From Botryllus schlosseri (taxonomy: Eukaryota), in assembly GCA_051294905.1 (NCBI GenBank), contig CM119383.1, positions 12,028,001 through 12,092,000 on the forward strand: a stretch of 64,000 bases of DNA, given 5' to 3'. Shown piece after piece: positions 37,283-51,137 of the stretch. Both the position numbers and the translations under genes were made by a program. The notes beneath the pieces are model-generated. The model saw nothing but the letters and a program-made list of their open reading frames with translations, was not told where the DNA came from and made no database searches. Each line of letters opens with the position of its first letter. Positions within the stretch are counted from its first letter, which is position 1.

Positions 37283-40200
37283 TCATCTTGATTCGCAACG
37301 CCTGTCTGGGATTCTCCATCGTACTAGATAATGACTCTTCTTCCCGACTGTGATGAGGCTCATGTCGTTCTTCAAAACGTGAAAATCACTCAGCATTATC
37401 TGCTCGGCCGCTTTCATACGGATTCCGTTCACGGTGACGCCGCCGTTTCGAATGGTCTCCATGCCGATTGAGCCTTCCGGTATAGCCTGTCGAATCAAGA
37501 CTGCCATTTTTAGTAATTGCATAGCTGGCAACCCGCGCTTTAAAGTTAATAAAACTGGTGTCAATTAAAAGCTAAATAAAAATTCAAATTCAATCTGAAA
37601 ATCAAAAAATTCAATCTGCTCAGTTCAGTGGAACCTCAGCAAAATCTTGCTCATAGTCAGAAATCAGCATTATTATGAACAAGCTATGTGGGCACGTCAG
37701 CAGTCATACAGAAGCACATTTCAGCTTGGTGTAGACCAGTGGTTGCTAAACCTTATGACTTTTTTTGACCTAAACAAACTGAATTTTGACCTAACCTATG
37801 CAAATTAGGTGTTTTCCCGCGTAATGTTAAAATTGTACTACTTATCTTCATTTCTGGTTGGAACTGACTGTCCTAAAGAAGTAGATTGGCCTGAAAAAAC
37901 GTTTTTGGCTTAGAAACAGGCAACTTTTTACACGAAAAAACCAACATTTTAACGAAATCTGGCCCTATGAAAAATTCAGGTGGTTACAATATGTATTATG
38001 GTAGAAATAATTAAAAAAATTTGTAGTACAACGACAAATACTTTCCTACATTCTTGGGTAGAAAGTGCATGTCCTTACTAAGAAGCTTGCCAAGGATGTT
38101 CAACAAGCTACAAGCTGTAAAATATCTAATAAGTTCACCGACAGTGCAAAATCTACGATACAAACAAAATGCAGACGTCAAAAAAATTTTGAGTTTAAGA
38201 AAAATTTTGACAAATTTCGACCTAACGCTACAATTTTGACAAAATTTTGACATGTAAAAAAAAACGCTCTGGTTATCACCCATTTAGTTGGACACTTTTG
38301 AACTCTTGTCAATTGTCATCCACTCGTGGATAATAATAATAAATCCACACCTTGATCTTGAGTGCAATGTCATAAATGGTCGTGTCGGGTTCCAGTATCG
38401 CATGATGTATTTTCATCCCTTTGAAGGTGGCGTCCACTTCTTCATCCGTTAGCGCTTCCAAATGCTCCAACGACCCGCGATACAAAACATCTGTGCATCT
38501 ACATTAGGAATGACGCATTGTTCAAAGTCGTCCTATCAGCAAATGGACAGTGTGTCACACACACGACTGCGCCTGAATTTTGTTACAATACCGATATAAT
38601 AGATTTGTGCCAATATTTGCTGCCTATATCAAAATGCAACATATTAAAAGTGGAACTTCCAATTAGTGGCAGTAATTTTAAAGTATATTCCACATAAACG
38701 TCATCTATTTGCAATAATACTCCAGTGAATACAAAACTAGTACTTCCAGTTCAACAGGCGTACTTGCTTTTCATGAAGGACAAGTCCACATTTTCACCCA
38801 GAACTAAACTTGTAAGGTCCTTCTAAATCATTTCAACGGTACCAAAGAATCTCTTAATTCTGGGAATGATGGCAACATTGGACAGGTCCATAAACATCGA
38901 TCATAGTTGGCTAATACTGATGTATAGTTCTGGTTGACGAAGGCAACATTGCAATCGATTATTATGATTACTTCCTTATATCGCAATTGTGATTACATTA
39001 TAACAGCAGAAGAACGATTATTTCCAATTACATTTGCTTCCGCTTCAAATGGCAGAACAGTTCAAATTCGAGCGACTTCAAGGTGATTACGATCTTTCAA
39101 CAGTCACAGAGTCTCAGATCGAAGAAGGGCGGAAATTCAGTTAAAAGATATGTAGGAAAAAATTGCACTGTCTTGAAGAGCAAATGGGCATACGCCGCAA
39201 AATATATCTTGTATATAGAAAATTATTATTTTATCAGATTACGGTTACTACAAAATATTGTAACGAATGACTATTATGTTACAAAAATATTTCGCTTCTA
39301 GTAAGCCTAGTGTCCCTGAGAACACAAAGAATTTATCTACCCAACCCTATCAATAATTACGAAGCGCCAATTACCTTTCGGCAGATTTGAGACCGTGTTC
39401 CCTGTGCAGCAGCTTGCACACGTTTCTGGCAAGAACTTTTTGCGCGTTACGCTTTTCCGGATGTTTTCGATGCTCTTCCATTATTTCGTGGATCGCGCCA
39501 AGTTCGATGAAGGTGAAAAATTTCAAGAATCTGAAAAAAGATACGCGATATAAGATATCAGAATGCGATATGAGATACGCACATGGGCCACCAACTTTAC
39601 ACAGTGTAGGAGTTAATGAGCACCGTGCAGCAGTGGGCATAACCATGATTTTACCATATCACTTTTTACTTAACAAAATCCAATGTCTAAAATGCCGGTA
39701 GTTATGCCTAAAGAACTGATAGGTCGAAGTGGTAGTAATCAAAAAACAAAACCACTTGACTTAGTAGTGCAGTTGGGCCAAACCGAGGACTCCAAAAAAG
39801 TACAAACACTTCATTACCGACCACCTCTGGTGACGTGCTGATAAAAAGATACGCTCAATTCTCACCGTTCTACATCTGAATCTCGTTGACGCAGGAAATA
39901 CTGATATAGTTCAAACGGCGATGTTTTATCCGCGTCCAGCCACACCGCGTTGCCTGCCGATTTACCGATCTTCTGTCCAGACGGTGTCGTCACGATAGGG
40001 GTCATCAGACCATACACTTCTCCGCCAGTCAACCTAAAAGAAACCAAGTACTTGCAACCCTTTCAATAAGATACAGGTTACATATGCACAAATATAATGA
40101 TGCTCAAAGATTGACATTTATGTCGCATCATAATTGGCCAATGCACAGATTGCACACGACTCGCTGTAAATGAAAGTATATTGCTAGGGAATTACATTGC

Positions 40201-43200
40201 GATTTGTATCACAAAATGTGTTGAAAAACCGTTCCAGTTACTTACGACCTAGGATTTTGAGCAATAACTCACATGATCATTCGATCCTATTTCGTAGAAA
40301 ACTAATTGCATCCGATGATGGACCAATTTTGGATTCGGTTAATGGCTGAGACTTGTCAAATTTCAAACTGTGAATGTGAATATTTACAGGGGAGCCAATA
40401 TTTGCCAGGTTAAGGCAGTGACTGCGATTGAGTCTCAAGTAGGAGGTGAAATTCACCGACAACCATCATCTCGATAAAATTCATGCAACGCCAATACCGA
40501 CAGTAAGCCAGATCGCTGGGCATGAACCATCTCGTCCGGTTTGGAAATGATTAGCACATCTGCCGGGCCATATCTTTTAAAATGTAGGTGAATTCGTTTC
40601 TCAGATCTCTTGAATCAAATTTTACATACATGATACACATCTTTACTGTAATATTCCTATCAACGTTCGTAAGCATTTGAAAACATGCGCATAGTTATGA
40701 AAAATTATGGTCAGGGTTGGTTCAGGTCCGGGGGTCTGTTCAAGTTGGATCTTTTTTTGAGAAGGTGACTGAAAAAGTGCTACAGGTATTAGACCCTAGT
40801 ACATTTCACCGGCAGTATAACCAACTGATAATAATTTTAAAACAGTGGTGGGCAACCTGCGGCCGTAGAAGGACATTTGTGCGGCTGTGGACATGAAAAT
40901 TGAATTTCCGAAATGACCCCAGAATTTTTGAGAGATTTAATTGATTTTGAAATTCTCTTCGCGCTACGCGAGATTAACTACAACATAATTTTTCGATTTT
41001 AATATAGTAGCGCCCTTTGCAATCTGAGCCCCAAAGTAAAGACGTGAACAGTGGAGGAAAATAGAAATAGCAACTAGGAATCGCCGTGTGCTCCTCACGA
41101 AAGAAATTTGTGTCCGATACGTTTGGGAGATTACAATATCTTACCACAATACCGACAATCCTGATGAGAGGTCAAGAAATAACAGCATGCAACAAAGTGA
41201 CTAATAAGAATTGGCCCACCCGAATATGCATCATCATTTATAACTTGCCCTAAATTTTCAAAAACATTCCCTCCATCAACTCGTGAATCTGATCACATGG
41301 GCTGAGAAAGGATAGATATTTGATAGTAATATTTGAAACTACTAATATTAATGACAGTTACTTCAGTTAGTTCATCACGACTATGTCCTGGAATGCGGTC
41401 GTAGGCTACATAAGTAATCGAAATGCGGCCGTGAACAGCAAAAAGGTTGGCCGCCCCTGTTATAAAACTTAGCCTCTATTGAAACCCTACCTGTCGATCA
41501 GACGTCTGCCAGAAGTAATGTTACCCAACTGATCGCCGCCGCCAAATTGAAATCTACAATTGTACTTTTTGTATAAATGGTACCAGTCGTATGCTTGAAA
41601 TACTTGGTAAAGAAATTCGGGCAATAGCAGACCCTCTTCACTATCGAGTCGGTCTCTCACAAATCTTTTATCTAAAATAGAAACCAACAATATATTCAAA
41701 GAAAAGGTCCCGACAAAATGAAAATAACAGTCTAGTTTGGTGTTTCCTGACCATTGAACTGCACATTTAGGGAAGTTTCACAGTTTCCATTCTCTTGATT
41801 AGGGGCGCGATTCTATTCATTTCAACCGTTCCATGTCAATTTGGTATTTATAAGCATGTTTACAGGCAATGCCGGCAGATTCTAGGATGCCACAAGACTT
41901 AAACAACCACCAGCCTAAGAAAAAATAATCTAAAACTCATTCAACTTTTTAACAGCTGTGTTCCATCTCAGCCTGGATGAGTGGTTTGAAAAGTGAGCAA
42001 GATATTATAAAAAGTAGCCAGAGATATGAATCTTGTGCATACTTGGCCACTGCGCAGGAAATCTTCTTAGCAATTAACACAGGATGACTACAGACGCTGC
42101 AAAGCGCTGTAATTTCCTGTGCTTACTGCAGTGAATCAACACCAGTGATCATGATAATCTCACTTGGAAAAGGGAAGAAAGTTTATCCGCACACTACTCT
42201 CTACTCTAGTACATGCAGTAGTTCATAAGTTGAGAATAAATGCCTGGTTTTACAACAGTCTAAAAGCAAAGCCCCTTGAACTAGTAGTGACAGCATGCTC
42301 ATGCTCAAGTTGGCTGCTACTGTTATGTTGAGTTATGAGTAAAGACTTAATTCCTCATCATTCATGATAGTGGTAGGCAAGAAGGGGGTTACAGATTATA
42401 TATATAATATTAGCATATTATTTGAAGGATTCGAAATGAAACCAGGAAATGACCATGCCATTGCAAATCCGATTGTTGAAGCAGGAACAGTAAAAACAGG
42501 GCCACAACACACATCCATCAATATTATCTGCCATCGTGGAACAGATGGCATATGATGTGTCGAATCACAGTACCATGCATACTTGATTCAAGAGATGAAA
42601 TATCTATTGGTAATCAAAATAAAATAGAATATTTCCCATATGCCTATGCCAAAAATTTGATATCATAAGAATACATCTTGCTTGAACCTTCTTAAAGGCA
42701 ATGATATTTGCAAATGCGGGCTCGGCAGCCAAATTTGGCAAATTGCACGAAAACATGCACCTTACACGAAAATAATCACGATACTACCTAACATTGCTCC
42801 CATTCTGAATGTTCTTCCCTCTTTCGACATGAAGTCAATAACATTGAAAGTGCGATACCAGTCGTAGTTGCGCAAAATTTTCAGTTTGGGAAGTCGCTTG
42901 ACACCACGGTTAACATAGATTTCTCGGTCGTGGGTTTCAAACAGTTTCGTGATACAGTTTTCGATGCCAGTGGAATTCCTGTCTATGGTTTCATCCGAGA
43001 GTCTTTTGCGGTCTTTCGTTTGATCACTGGGATCGCCGATTCGAGCGGTTGCGTCGCCGATCACAGCAATTGCATCGTGACCTGAACAAGAGATAGTCTT
43101 ATAAAATATTACATCATATTCCTGGACAGGGGAAAAGTTTAAATGAAGCAAAATTTCGTTATTGATGTTTACACCAGGAGACAGATGACTCAATAGTCTC

Positions 43201-44060
43201 CGATAAATGAGAACTTCAGGTCGAAGTGTAAGACGAAAGGTCAGATTTATTCCGGCCGATAATCTACACCTTACAAAATTACAATTATTAAAGTGAAATG
43301 GCGAACAATGTAACAGCGTGGTAACCTTACAAATCGTGTTAGATCGTGATAAAACTGAGGTTATGTATGTCAGTGATCAACACACCAACAGGTGAGCGTT
43401 CCATCATATAACGGTCTACACTGCAAACGAATTTACACATTATTGTTTCCAAATACTGCAAAATACGGCTTCCGACATGGAAGTTTATTATCGTGTGCAC
43501 TACCAAGGTATTTAGAGGAAGGAGATGCAAAGGTTATCGAGTCAGTATCAAGTCTTTAGTCTGACCAGACCTGGGACTGAACCCACGTCGTACCAATCAG
43601 GAAGCTGTACGCTGTATCATTAAGCGATACACACGGCGTAAGACCTTTATCCACATGAATTTGTCATCAATTCTCGCTGATTTCACAATAACACTACAAC
43701 ACTTATTTAGCTTGAAACGTAACAGATAGTTGAAACCTTTCGTGCCACATCAATTCGCCGCCGATTTCACTCACCTGCCCGTTGGCAATGCAAAAGCAGC
43801 ATGAGAGACATTAAATTTCCGACATGCAGACTGTCTGAAGTTGGATCGAATCCGCAATAAAAACATTGCCGCGTTAGTAATTCGTCAGGCAACGTCGTTG
43901 CGGCGGCCGGAAAGATGTCTTCTAAAAGTCCGCGTTTGTGTAGATGAAGGATATTTTGCGGTTTAATTGTAGATGAACTATTGCGGTTGGAGGCTATTCT
44001 CATATCGCAACGTATAAAACGCAACAAGCGCCTTAACCGTATCATCGAGTGCACCATCAT
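37283..44060 (-). CDS. YARS2: Tyrosine--tRNA ligase, mitochondrial
   Basis: Exons 43775-44060 ([15 protein letters not shown]), 42788-43081, 41491-41671 ([11 protein letters not shown]), 39866-40033 ([14 protein letters not shown]), 39375-39530, 38351-38498 and 37283-37486 (S4-like); Arg-rich N-terminal transit-like peptide. Confidence 0.95.
40843..41459. mobile_element. hAT-type MITE
   Basis: TIRs cagtggtgggcaacc / ggttggccgcccctg; TSD ttttaaaa / ttataaaa. Confidence 0.75.
43540..43630 (-). mobile_element. Diverged tRNA-derived SINE head
   Basis: Minus strand ...gtgggttcagtcccaggtctggtcagactaaagactt resembles the B box and ggtcataccagagact of the intact SINE. Confidence 0.5.
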
Positions 44061-44403
44061 GGACGGCTGTAAAAATGAATGGAAATTCAAAGAAAAATCA
44101 AGTAGTGTAGGGAACATTTCAAAATGAGCTAGCAATGGCAAGATGTCATGTTAAAAGGGATATATACCGTAAAGGGGTATAAATATGACACAGGAATGTT
44201 AATCAAATCAACATACCCTATCGGGTCACTACAGAAAACCGTGCACGATATCAGATTACACGACAACTCCTGTTACGGCAGACACTCGATAGCAGCAGGC
44301 CAAATTGTGATACAGTCAACAATTACAATTCGATTGAATGGCAGCTTCACAATGTAGAGGCGGGGTACGACTCGTCAAAACTGTCGCCGGTATCAACACA
44401 TTT

Positions 44404-45228
44404 TCATCCATTATCATCCAATTCTTTGGACGGACAGCAGTAATAGTCGACAAAGCATATGTGCCCACTTTCGTTTTTAATCATATACTGAAACGACAGA
44501 AAGCCCCTGTGGTCGGTCCTGACACAGATCTTGCTTGCCAGACTAATAGCTTTTTCTGACGGCTTCAGCAGGGACAATCGATATTGATTAACCTGCGTTT
44601 CGGAGCATTGGAAGCTTTCCACCATGTCCGAGTCCTTGTGTATGTCATTATCGGTACGACCGCAATACCCCGAGCTTGACAGGCGGAAAAAAGGCTTTTC
44701 GGGAGACATTGTAATTTCTATCACCTCAGCAGTAGCGTCTAGTTCATTGAAAGCGTCTCTGAGACAGTCTGCTTTCAGTATGATTTTATTAACGACATTG
44801 GCTGCGCAAAACTCAAAATCTAGCGTCTCGTCAAACTCCTGCGTTTTAATGCAACAGTCTGTTGTTATATTGTCTTCCGACAAGGTTAAGATCAAAGGAT
44901 GCCCATAGCCACCGTACACCATACGCACGGAAGTCGCAGAAACGGAATTGCTGCCAAATATAGTCAGGCATTCTTGCAGTACGTTGAGGTTGATACAAAA
45001 CGTGGACTCTTCATTGACCTCGTATTCGTCGAAGACAGAAGCCTGTATGAAAGCGTTGGCCTGTAAGCATTTCGCGTCTTCCACCGTGACTTTTAAGCCG
45101 TTCTCGGTGGCGAAGACGGTGGCTGCGTTTTTGAAGTGTATCGCTTTCAAAATTTGCGACAGATTCCTGGCGTTGGCTAACGTGGCTTTGAAAGAGTAGC
45201 CTTCCTGAATTTGCGAGTCACCGTCCAT
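44404..45228 (-). CDS. RAD1: Cell cycle checkpoint protein RAD1 (9-1-1 clamp), single-exon CDS
   Basis: NGLKVTVEDAKCLQANAFIQ, GYGHPLILTL, RTDHRGFLSFQYMI, FVDYYCCP; first ATG at 45226-45228. Confidence 0.95.
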   Translation of the reverse strand: MDGDSQIQEGYSFKATLANARNLSQILKAIHFKNAATVFATENGLKVTVEDAKCLQANAFIQASVFDEYEVNEESTFCINLNVLQECLTIFGSNSVSATSVRMVYGGYGHPLILTLSEDNITTDCCIKTQEFDETLDFEFCAANVVNKIILKADCLRDAFNELDATAEVIEITMSPEKPFFRLSSSGYCGRTDNDIHKDSDMVESFQCSETQVNQYRLSLLKPSEKAISLASKICVRTDHRGFLSFQYMIKNESGHICFVDYYCCPSKELDDNG

Positions 45229-46752
45229 TTTTGCCAAGTCGTGAACGGTATCTGGTCTAACAAACTCTGAAATTATGGCAAAACTCAAATTTTATTGTCA
45301 TACAGAATAAAAGCCAATCACAGTTCAAATATCATCTGATCTTTGCTTAGAATCAGAAAATTACATAAAACACAAGAAATTAACTTGTACATACAAAACT
45401 CCGAAACAATTCCTAATTGTAGGTATCACCAATACTTCTCTTTGTGAGTCTACGTACGGTTTCATCAAACGCACTACGCAATCATCTACACGGCTATCGA
45501 TGTCGAACTAAGTCAGAGACTGGCAGAATATTAGCTAGTCACATTCCATCAGGTAAAAACAGTTCGTAAATATAAGAGCACAGTAATAAAAACTATTTAC
45601 CGAAGTTTCTGAAATAATACAGTGAAGCACACAAAATATTAGCTACAAAAATATCACGAGTGGAACGAAGGTACAATGTCCTTTTTGCTAGAATTTAAAT
45701 TTCAGGTAACAGCAGTCAGTGGCACTACTAGATAAATTTCTACATAGGCAAAACGAAATGGATTTAATGTACAAAGGCATATTATACATATCTATGTAAT
45801 AGATAAGACTGAATTCATAACAATGTAATCAGGCTGACAAAATAGTGTAGAAGTGTGTATGGAGATCAGTGAATTACGGTAGTTACAATACCCAGACAAC
45901 AATATCCGAAGCTAGAATCTAATCTTATGGTGAAGATACAACATGTGAGCTCATTTAATTTTGTTACACCGAGTCATCACAACACACCGAAATATAACAA
46001 ACATTTCAACAACAATTGTCATACAGAGCACATTATAAGGTCACTTGTAATCCATGGGCAAAGATTAATCCTATTCATATACAAGTATCAAATATGGAGT
46101 GCGAGAAAACTTCGAGACCACGTAAATGCTAAATAGTCTAAAGATCACAGTTATAAAGATTATAATTCCTACTACCCTGTCCCGGAACAAACTTAACTGT
46201 GTAGGCTAGAAGATGCGGTTCTATTCAATATCCTCGACGGGATGTGGATGTAGTAATTAGGAACAATAGATTCACAGATTTTGTAAAAGCCAGAGGTTTT
46301 CAACCTAGTGGGGCACGACTCACTTTTCATAAGGCCACAGAGCTTGCATAGTTTATATACATTGTAGCCATACCGTCCTTATTTATTAGGTCCATATTAT
46401 AAAGGGAACAGAGTAATATACAGAATTACACTCCAACTGTGGATGAAGCCGTGATGCGGGCTTCAACACCAGACCAGGCGAAAGTGACGACATTTCGTAT
46501 CATTTAGTCATCTGCTTGCAAGATAGTGATCAGCTTCCTAAATTTCGCGGCTAGGCTTTTCTGTGAACGTTACTGGGCCGAAGACATGTTTTTACTAAGC
46601 TACTAGGCCATGAATAATAGAGGTTGAAAACCCTCGGTATAGGCCTAACTTGGGATTCTAAAATTTGATAAATGACGAAGGGTATTCATGAAATCAAGCG
46701 CCTGAATCGATCTTCAACACACAAGTTACTACGACCAACGTCAAAGCAGACT

Positions 46753-48456
46753 TTACGATTCCGCCTCCGCGACCAACGCTGCCTGGGCCGCAGCTGTCGC
46801 GCCCACCGGGTTCGTGTCCTCCTCCGCGTTCTTCAACTCCATCAAAATCAAGTCGCTGAGAAAATGCACCTGCTTCGGCTTGGCCAGCAATTTCTTAAGC
46901 TTGCTATCGAACGCGCGCTTTTCCTGCTTCTGCTTGTAACAAAACCGCCTGTGAGCTTCGCTGTTGTCGCGGTACAGTCGCTGAAAGTTAGCGGCGGCCG
47001 ACGCGGCCGTCTGCTTACTCTCTGCGATAATATCCCGGTACGTGGTACCATCTTTGGAAGGCACACTCTGCACCAGCGTCAAATTGACGAGGACATTAAA
47101 AAATGACTTTCGTTCGAATCCATATAACTCGGTAAACTGCGACAGCAACGGAGAACGCCCGTAGATGTTAAAAACGTTTTTTGAGAATTCCAAAGAACGC
47201 CCTGCAACACACGAAGAATTATCTTTCGCCGCGTTGGCGTGCGTTTTCAAAACCTTCGTATTTCCAGTACCACCAGTTACAGTAGAGCCAGGTTCTTCTG
47301 TGATAGTCGACAGAGTACCGTTGTGCTCCGACATCAGCTCAGCCACACGAGGGTTGTTAAGTTTCGGGGAAGGACCGTTCGACGGTAATTCCGATTTCCC
47401 AGCCGTTTGTCTCGCTGCGGGCGCTTTATGAGACCCCGTCGGTGATCTAACTGTTTTGTTTGACCCCGTGGAGCTGTAGGAGCTCCCCAACCGTGCCCCG
47501 GGAACACCTCGAGGGCCTGAATCCGATTTTTTCTTCTTCTTTATCACCTCTTCTTTACGCATACCCTTCACTTCGAGAGCAGCATAATTCCAACTAGCGT
47601 ACGACCGAGGTGGCGGCGGAATCCCCGCAATCCACTCCCCACACACCCTAGCGAGCAACTCTTTAAACCCGGTCTCGTCAAATTGCCTCCAAGACTGCGG
47701 GAACGCCAAACAGAATGCAGAATACGTCGACTGTGCTAAGATGTCACCGTACGACATAAAGAACAGATCGCGAAACTTAGGCGACTCCGCGACTAGCAGC
47801 AAGCTCACAAAATTCACCGAGATCCTTTTGAAGAGCCTCGCTTGATTTACGGCGTTAGGATGGAATTTTTCCAAGAAAAACCACCAGAAAGCGTCCCGCA
47901 AAATGAATTCCTGGATATCGGAATACAGGAGACGACAAAACTCACGCCGGTAAGCTGGTTTTCGCGGTAAATCGACCTGCGCCGACACCACGTGATCCAG
48001 CACTCTTTCCGCTTCCAGACCGTGCGGTAATGCATTGCAAGCTCTCGGATTCCAACCAGGGTATTGTTGTAACTCCACCAGCCGCGGGGAATCGCTGGCC
48101 TTCGCTGTGGAGCCGACAGGCTTCTTTTTCTGTTTCAAGTCGTATCTTTTTTCGGAAGGTGTAGCCTGCCGGAGGCTAAATGCAGATATCAAACTTTCAG
48201 GACTTGATTCAGGCCGTAAAACGGGTTGCGGCGTCTCTCCCTCGAACGCGACTTGGCTGTCGTACTTTGATAGTTCCTCGTCAAGATTTGTGATTCTTCG
48301 ATTAACTTCACCAATAGTTCCGACCAGAAACGAAGCAGGAGACTCTTTCTGTTGCTGTTCCAAAAAGCGAATCTGACTTTTGACCTTTTTATCGACGTCG
48401 AACAAATCCTCTTCGCAAATGCTCATCGGGGACGCGATACGGTTGATATGCGCCAT
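46753..48456 (-). CDS. FAM227-family (FWWh domain) protein, single-exon CDS, 567 aa
   Basis: LRDAFWWFFLEKF, LFKRISVNFV, DILAQSTYSAFCLAFPQS match FAM227A/B; the A or B paralog cannot be assigned. Confidence 0.85.
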   Translation of the reverse strand: MAHINRIASPMSICEEDLFDVDKKVKSQIRFLEQQQKESPASFLVGTIGEVNRRITNLDEELSKYDSQVAFEGETPQPVLRPESSPESLISAFSLRQATPSEKRYDLKQKKKPVGSTAKASDSPRLVELQQYPGWNPRACNALPHGLEAERVLDHVVSAQVDLPRKPAYRREFCRLLYSDIQEFILRDAFWWFFLEKFHPNAVNQARLFKRISVNFVSLLLVAESPKFRDLFFMSYGDILAQSTYSAFCLAFPQSWRQFDETGFKELLARVCGEWIAGIPPPPRSYASWNYAALEVKGMRKEEVIKKKKKSDSGPRGVPGARLGSSYSSTGSNKTVRSPTGSHKAPAARQTAGKSELPSNGPSPKLNNPRVAELMSEHNGTLSTITEEPGSTVTGGTGNTKVLKTHANAAKDNSSCVAGRSLEFSKNVFNIYGRSPLLSQFTELYGFERKSFFNVLVNLTLVQSVPSKDGTTYRDIIAESKQTAASAAANFQRLYRDNSEAHRRFCYKQKQEKRAFDSKLKKLLAKPKQVHFLSDLILMELKNAEEDTNPVGATAAAQAALVAEAES

Positions 48457-49921
48457 GATCTATCACAATCCTGACCCAACTAAACTAACTATGTCACCAT
48501 CTGAAATAACAAGAAAATCTGCTTATAACGTCGAAGAGTAATTTTACTCTAAACAAAAACGAAGACTTAAATCGTCAACAATTTAGACTCAATCCAACAC
48601 CGAGAAATTGCACAAAAGATAAGCTACAGCCTATCGGTACACCCGATAATAATTAGTTGAATAGTTGGAATGATTGAGACGTAAAAAGACTGAACAGCCG
48701 AGAATTTTAGAACTCTAAACAGCATCGTAACTCCACAAAAAAACATATCATGTCTAAGCCAGTTTCAGTTGCATTTGCGAGTATGTTAGCGGAAATACAA
48801 AAACCAGATCAAACGCATCAAAACTTTAAGTACTGCAAAATATAAATAGATATAGAACTGCTAACTACAGATAGAATTACTAGACCGCGATTAAAACTAT
48901 GAAATGAAATTGCGAATAGCAAAACCGACTTGTGCAGGCTGAAAACTGTACATGATTTCACGTGAATCACAAAACAGAATGGGAGATGCCAAATTTTCGA
49001 TTTGAAAAGTTTAGGACATTAGGGCTGGAATTCGGAATATAATGTAGACTGCAAAAGAATTTGAGAAATTTGGGTTGAAAGTTTCAAGAACACACATTTT
49101 ATAATGCGAGCTGTTTTTTCCTCATGATTTTCAACAACAAGATACAGACACAACACAAGCACATACAATTACGTGACGGACCTTTCACCAGACACAATAA
49201 GCACGGCAGATTTAATGTGCAATAATATGTTCAAACATATTAAGATTTGATGGCTGTTTTAGGAGCTGAATCCTGTACTTATGCAGACCAATTGATAGCT
49301 ATCGACTATCGAGTATTCAAACCAGTGTTTTAGCACTAAATCCACCTAGTACTATTGCATTAAATTGCAATTTGTATCAAGACAAAACCTACACTGGTTG
49401 CAGTTCCCATGTTTGGATAGTTTACAAACCACGGAATAAATAACATTTCTAGTTGACATAATGCAGACCCATGCCTAGTGCCAAATATAAAGCAACAAAA
49501 CTATGATTTACTGTATTATAAATTAGCGCATGGCAAAGTGAAAGCATTCCTCCTCAGTCCTCATTTGTCTATAGTATTGACTATTGACTCTATACCAAAG
49601 TTAAAAAATTAGGCTTAAAATTAGCATAGTGGAAGATATTACAAATTTGCTGTATACAGTGTAACCAGATTAGCATGTAGAAGTTGATCTGTGCTGGAAA
49701 TTTCAGACAACGATTGCCTATCGCAATATAAAAATCGTGAGAGACCAAAACACAGCCAACTTTCAGCACGCAAACAAACTGGAAAATGCACAAACTTTTG
49801 CATCACAATGTCACGCCAATTAAGCACAATAATTGCCCTTATTTCAGAACCTGCTTTAGCACGGACCCAATTGTGTTAACATCACGCCTCAGACTGCTAG
49901 TTGCGTGATGTCAGCACACAA

Positions 49922-50770
49922 TTAGAGCCTGCAAAGACATACGAGGGTTGGTATGAATGCGGAAAAAGCTATTACGATTGGAAGTATCAAGCTACTGTTA
50001 TCTTCCGCGTATGGGTTGATGGCTGGGGGACCTGATTTAATTTTTCTATCTTTACGGTCGTCACTGCCTGATGACTTTTTCGCTGAATTGTCATCATCGT
50101 CAAGGCTATCTTCCTCTTCCTCTTGCTCCTCCTCGTCCACTTCCTCCTCATCATCATCCACTTTATTTAATAGGTCTAACGGAGGTAAGGGAGTTACATC
50201 ATCGACTGAACCTTGCAAGACGTAAAATGCACAGACTTTTGGATTGTCAGCCGCCCCTTTCTGAAGCTCCATCGATAACACTCCGTTAAAGCTCGACGTC
50301 TCTCCGCCTATCTTCAACTTGCCTTTCTTCACGGTGAACGGGACCATTTCGTCATGAGCAGTAGCATGTCCGACTTTTTCATATATGTCCAAATTCGTGA
50401 TAACCGAATGCTGACCATTGAGGACGATATCAAAAACCTTCTGCTCGGGACTGTTGAAGTAAACTTCCGAGAATTTCATCACAAGAACATAATCCCCGTC
50501 AGATTTGACCGGTATGTCGTAACTGAAGGATTCGTGGTGCCACCTCTCGGTTTGGTAAAGGATTTGGTCTTCTGGAGGCGATCTGCGGATGTTGAATCTT
50601 TGACCATAGTCGCTCGCAACTCCGACCGATATAGGATCAGCTATATAACGAATTCCGTTTTTATCTACATGGTTTCCGCCGCCTGCATTTACCGCGTATA
50701 TTACGTTCGCTCCCGCAGTTAAATCCGATAGTGAAAGAAATAACGCGAGAATGAATTGAATTACAGCCAT
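49922..50770 (-). CDS. MLEC: Malectin, single-exon CDS
   Basis: Signal peptide, VIYAVNAGG, LYQTER, LKFSEVYF-like and DNPKVCA motifs, acidic linker and C-terminal TM helix. Confidence 0.95.
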   Translation of the reverse strand: MAVIQFILALFLSLSDLTAGANVIYAVNAGGGNHVDKNGIRYIADPISVGVASDYGQRFNIRRSPPEDQILYQTERWHHESFSYDIPVKSDGDYVLVMKFSEVYFNSPEQKVFDIVLNGQHSVITNLDIYEKVGHATAHDEMVPFTVKKGKLKIGGETSSFNGVLSMELQKGAADNPKVCAFYVLQGSVDDVTPLPPLDLLNKVDDDEEEVDEEEQEEEEDSLDDDDNSAKKSSGSDDRKDRKIKSGPPAINPYAEDNSSLILPIVIAFSAFIPTLVCLCRL

Positions 50771-50946
50771 CTCTGATTATCACGCTGCAGAACAATATTG
50801 CATTCACTTTACTCCGCAACGTCGTAGACTGCAGAAATTCGCAAGCTCGCTGTGACGTGTCTGTTGAGAACTGAACCAAGCCGGCGACACAGCAACCGCA
50901 CGGTTGCGGGAGTGAGTCGCCAAGCTAAAGCTTACGCATACAATCA

Positions 50947-50954
50947 TGACGTCA
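50947..50954. promoter_or_regulatory. Perfect CRE/ATF palindrome upstream of malectin
   Basis: tgacgtca, with further tgacgt half-sites at about 50855 and 51014. Confidence 0.35.
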
Positions 50955-51137
50955 TTGATCACAGGGTTTTCGGCAGTCGCTGAGACGCTGACCTGACTCA
51001 TTTGGGTGGCAAATGACGTAATTTGGGCACATTTCCATAATGGTTGGCACCAGGATTTAAAATTTGGAACCAGAACGTCGGATTTGGCACGTTGGCACGT
51101 TGTTTATATAGCTCAGTGGTTGGCATGCACTCCCGAC

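Noticed and set aside
41161-41185. ctgatgag...gaaa hammerhead-like string
   Set aside because: It lacks the G-C helix II closure and any helix I/III pairing.
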